Shown here one piece after another: positions 58,730 through 64,000 of a stretch of 64,000 nt of DNA. Made by a program: the position numbers and the translations under genes. Under the pieces are notes generated by a model. It did no database searches. It saw only the letters and a list, made by a program, of their open reading frames with translations, and was not told the DNA's origin. Source of the stretch: the human T2T-CHM13v2.0 reference genome, Homo sapiens; the NCBI RefSeq assembly GCF_009914755.1, contig NC_060947.1, one strand, 5' to 3'. How positions within the stretch are numbered: position 1 is the stretch's first letter; every line of letters begins with the position of its first letter.

Positions 58730-59602
58730 AAAGTAATATAGCAATATCCAGATATTCAACAATGTAAATACAGTGTCTAGTATCCAGTCAAAAATTACTA
58801 TAACTCAAAAAGCAGAGATATGTGTCCATGAATTAGAATAAAAATCAGTCAATAGAAAAGCACCCTCAAATGCCTAAGGTTTAGAATTCTTGAAGACTTT
58901 GAAACATTGAATTTAAGTATAATCTAGGATATAAGATAAAATATAAACGTTATGTACAGATAAATGAGCAATGGAAAAGGAACCTAATGGGACTTTTCAA
59001 ACTAAGAAATACAATGTGAGAAATCAAAAGTCTTGAAGAGTTTTACAGCCTATTAGTGAAAATAAACAACCAGTTAATTGGAAACATAGGAAAACAAATT
59101 TTCCACAATAAACTGCAGAATAAAATGATCCTGGGGAAAAAAATGACCAGACCCTTAATTATCTGTGAGACAGTATCAAGTAGTCTAATATATATGTGTA
59201 GTCCAAAAAAAGGTACAGATTTTTTTGAATAAATTATTGTTCACAGAATCAAGAAGCTAAACAAACCTATAGTAGAATACACAAAGCCACTCGCTGAAGC
59301 ATACCATAAGCAAATTGTTGGAATCAGTGATAAACACAAACATTTAAAGTTGTCACCAGAAAGAAAACACATTTCTGTATGGGACAAAGATAAAATTTTA
59401 CTCTGATTTCTTGTAAGAAGCAGTGAAAGCCAAAAGACAATAGAATGCAACCTTTAATAAAATACTGAAATAAAGCAAAACTGGCATGTTAAGTTTATTA
59501 TATTCAGCAAAAATATTCTTCAAAAACAAATGTGAAGTAAACACATTTTTAGTCAAACAAACGCTGTGGAAATTCCTCATAAGAAGACCTGTACTACAAG
59601 AT
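58730..59602 (+). mobile_element. Ancient L1M ORF1 remnant
   Basis: ctgtgagacagtatcaagtagtctaatata; agcaaaaatattcttcaaaaacaaatgtgaa; agacctgtactacaaga. Confidence 0.6.
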
Positions 59603-59774
59603 ACATGTTTTTACATCAGTACATGGAACATTCTCGAAGATAGACCATATGATAGGCCACAAAACAAGTCTCAGTAAATTTAAGAAAATCAAAATTATAT
59701 TAAGTACTCTATCAGAGCACATTGGAATAAAATTAGAAAACAACTCTAAAAGGAACCCTCAAAACCATAAAAAT
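59603..59774 (+). mobile_element. L1PB ORF2 endonuclease-region fragment
   Basis: catggaacattctcgaagatagaccatatgataggccac...aaaaggaaccctcaaaaccat. Confidence 0.7.
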
Positions 59775-63673
<3,899 letters not shown>

Positions 63674-64000
63674 GAAAAGTAACTAATAGCTGGCATATTG
63701 GAGAGTGAAATAAAACTTGAAGAACAACCAATATAGTAGCAGTATGTTTCTTGGTTTTCTCCCTCTACTATCCCATAAATGTAATCTGAAGACAGGCTGG
63801 AATGGTGAGTTGCATAAAGGGAACAGACAATACCTCTGGGAGAAACCCATCTTCCTGGTCAGAGCATTGAGAACAGTGGCCTCTGTGGGTTGGATAGTGT
63901 GAAAGGAATCACCGAGGTTCTATTTTTTTTTTTCAGCCCTTCTCCAATGCCTGCCACAGTAATGAATCTGCACCTCTGTGCTGGCAGCACAAGCACCAAA

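Overview
Primate (human-like) genomic DNA, not prokaryotic. Most of the window is degenerate LINE-1 of many ages (L1M*, L1MA/MB, L1PB, L1PA), heavily nested and, from about 4.6 kb onward, almost all on the + strand. It also holds Alus (FLAM, AluJ, AluS, AluY), MIR/L2 remnants, a THE1 solo LTR, a MER41 LTR fragment and an old processed pseudogene of CCT4 (TCP-1 delta). I can support no intact protein-coding gene. The ORF track is L1 ORF1/ORF2 debris, pseudogene fragments, or antisense/Alu noise. I see no evidence for a new multi-gene biological system. The interesting signals are structural. (1) A 5'-truncated MER41B LTR ending at its poly(A) site, with both STAT1 GAS motifs intact. (2) A ~1 kb block of ancient DNA inserted into an L1 between perfect 14-bp target-site duplications (TSDs). 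(3) A candidate L1 5' transduction. (4) An L1PB whose missing middle appears to lie 1.3 kb upstream. (5) A textbook twin-priming inversion. (6) Several locally templated insertion scars, including a 221+21 bp patch in the CCT4 pseudogene. Subfamily names come from my recollection of consensus sequences and need RepeatMasker/Dfam confirmation. Boundaries of old repeats are approximate.
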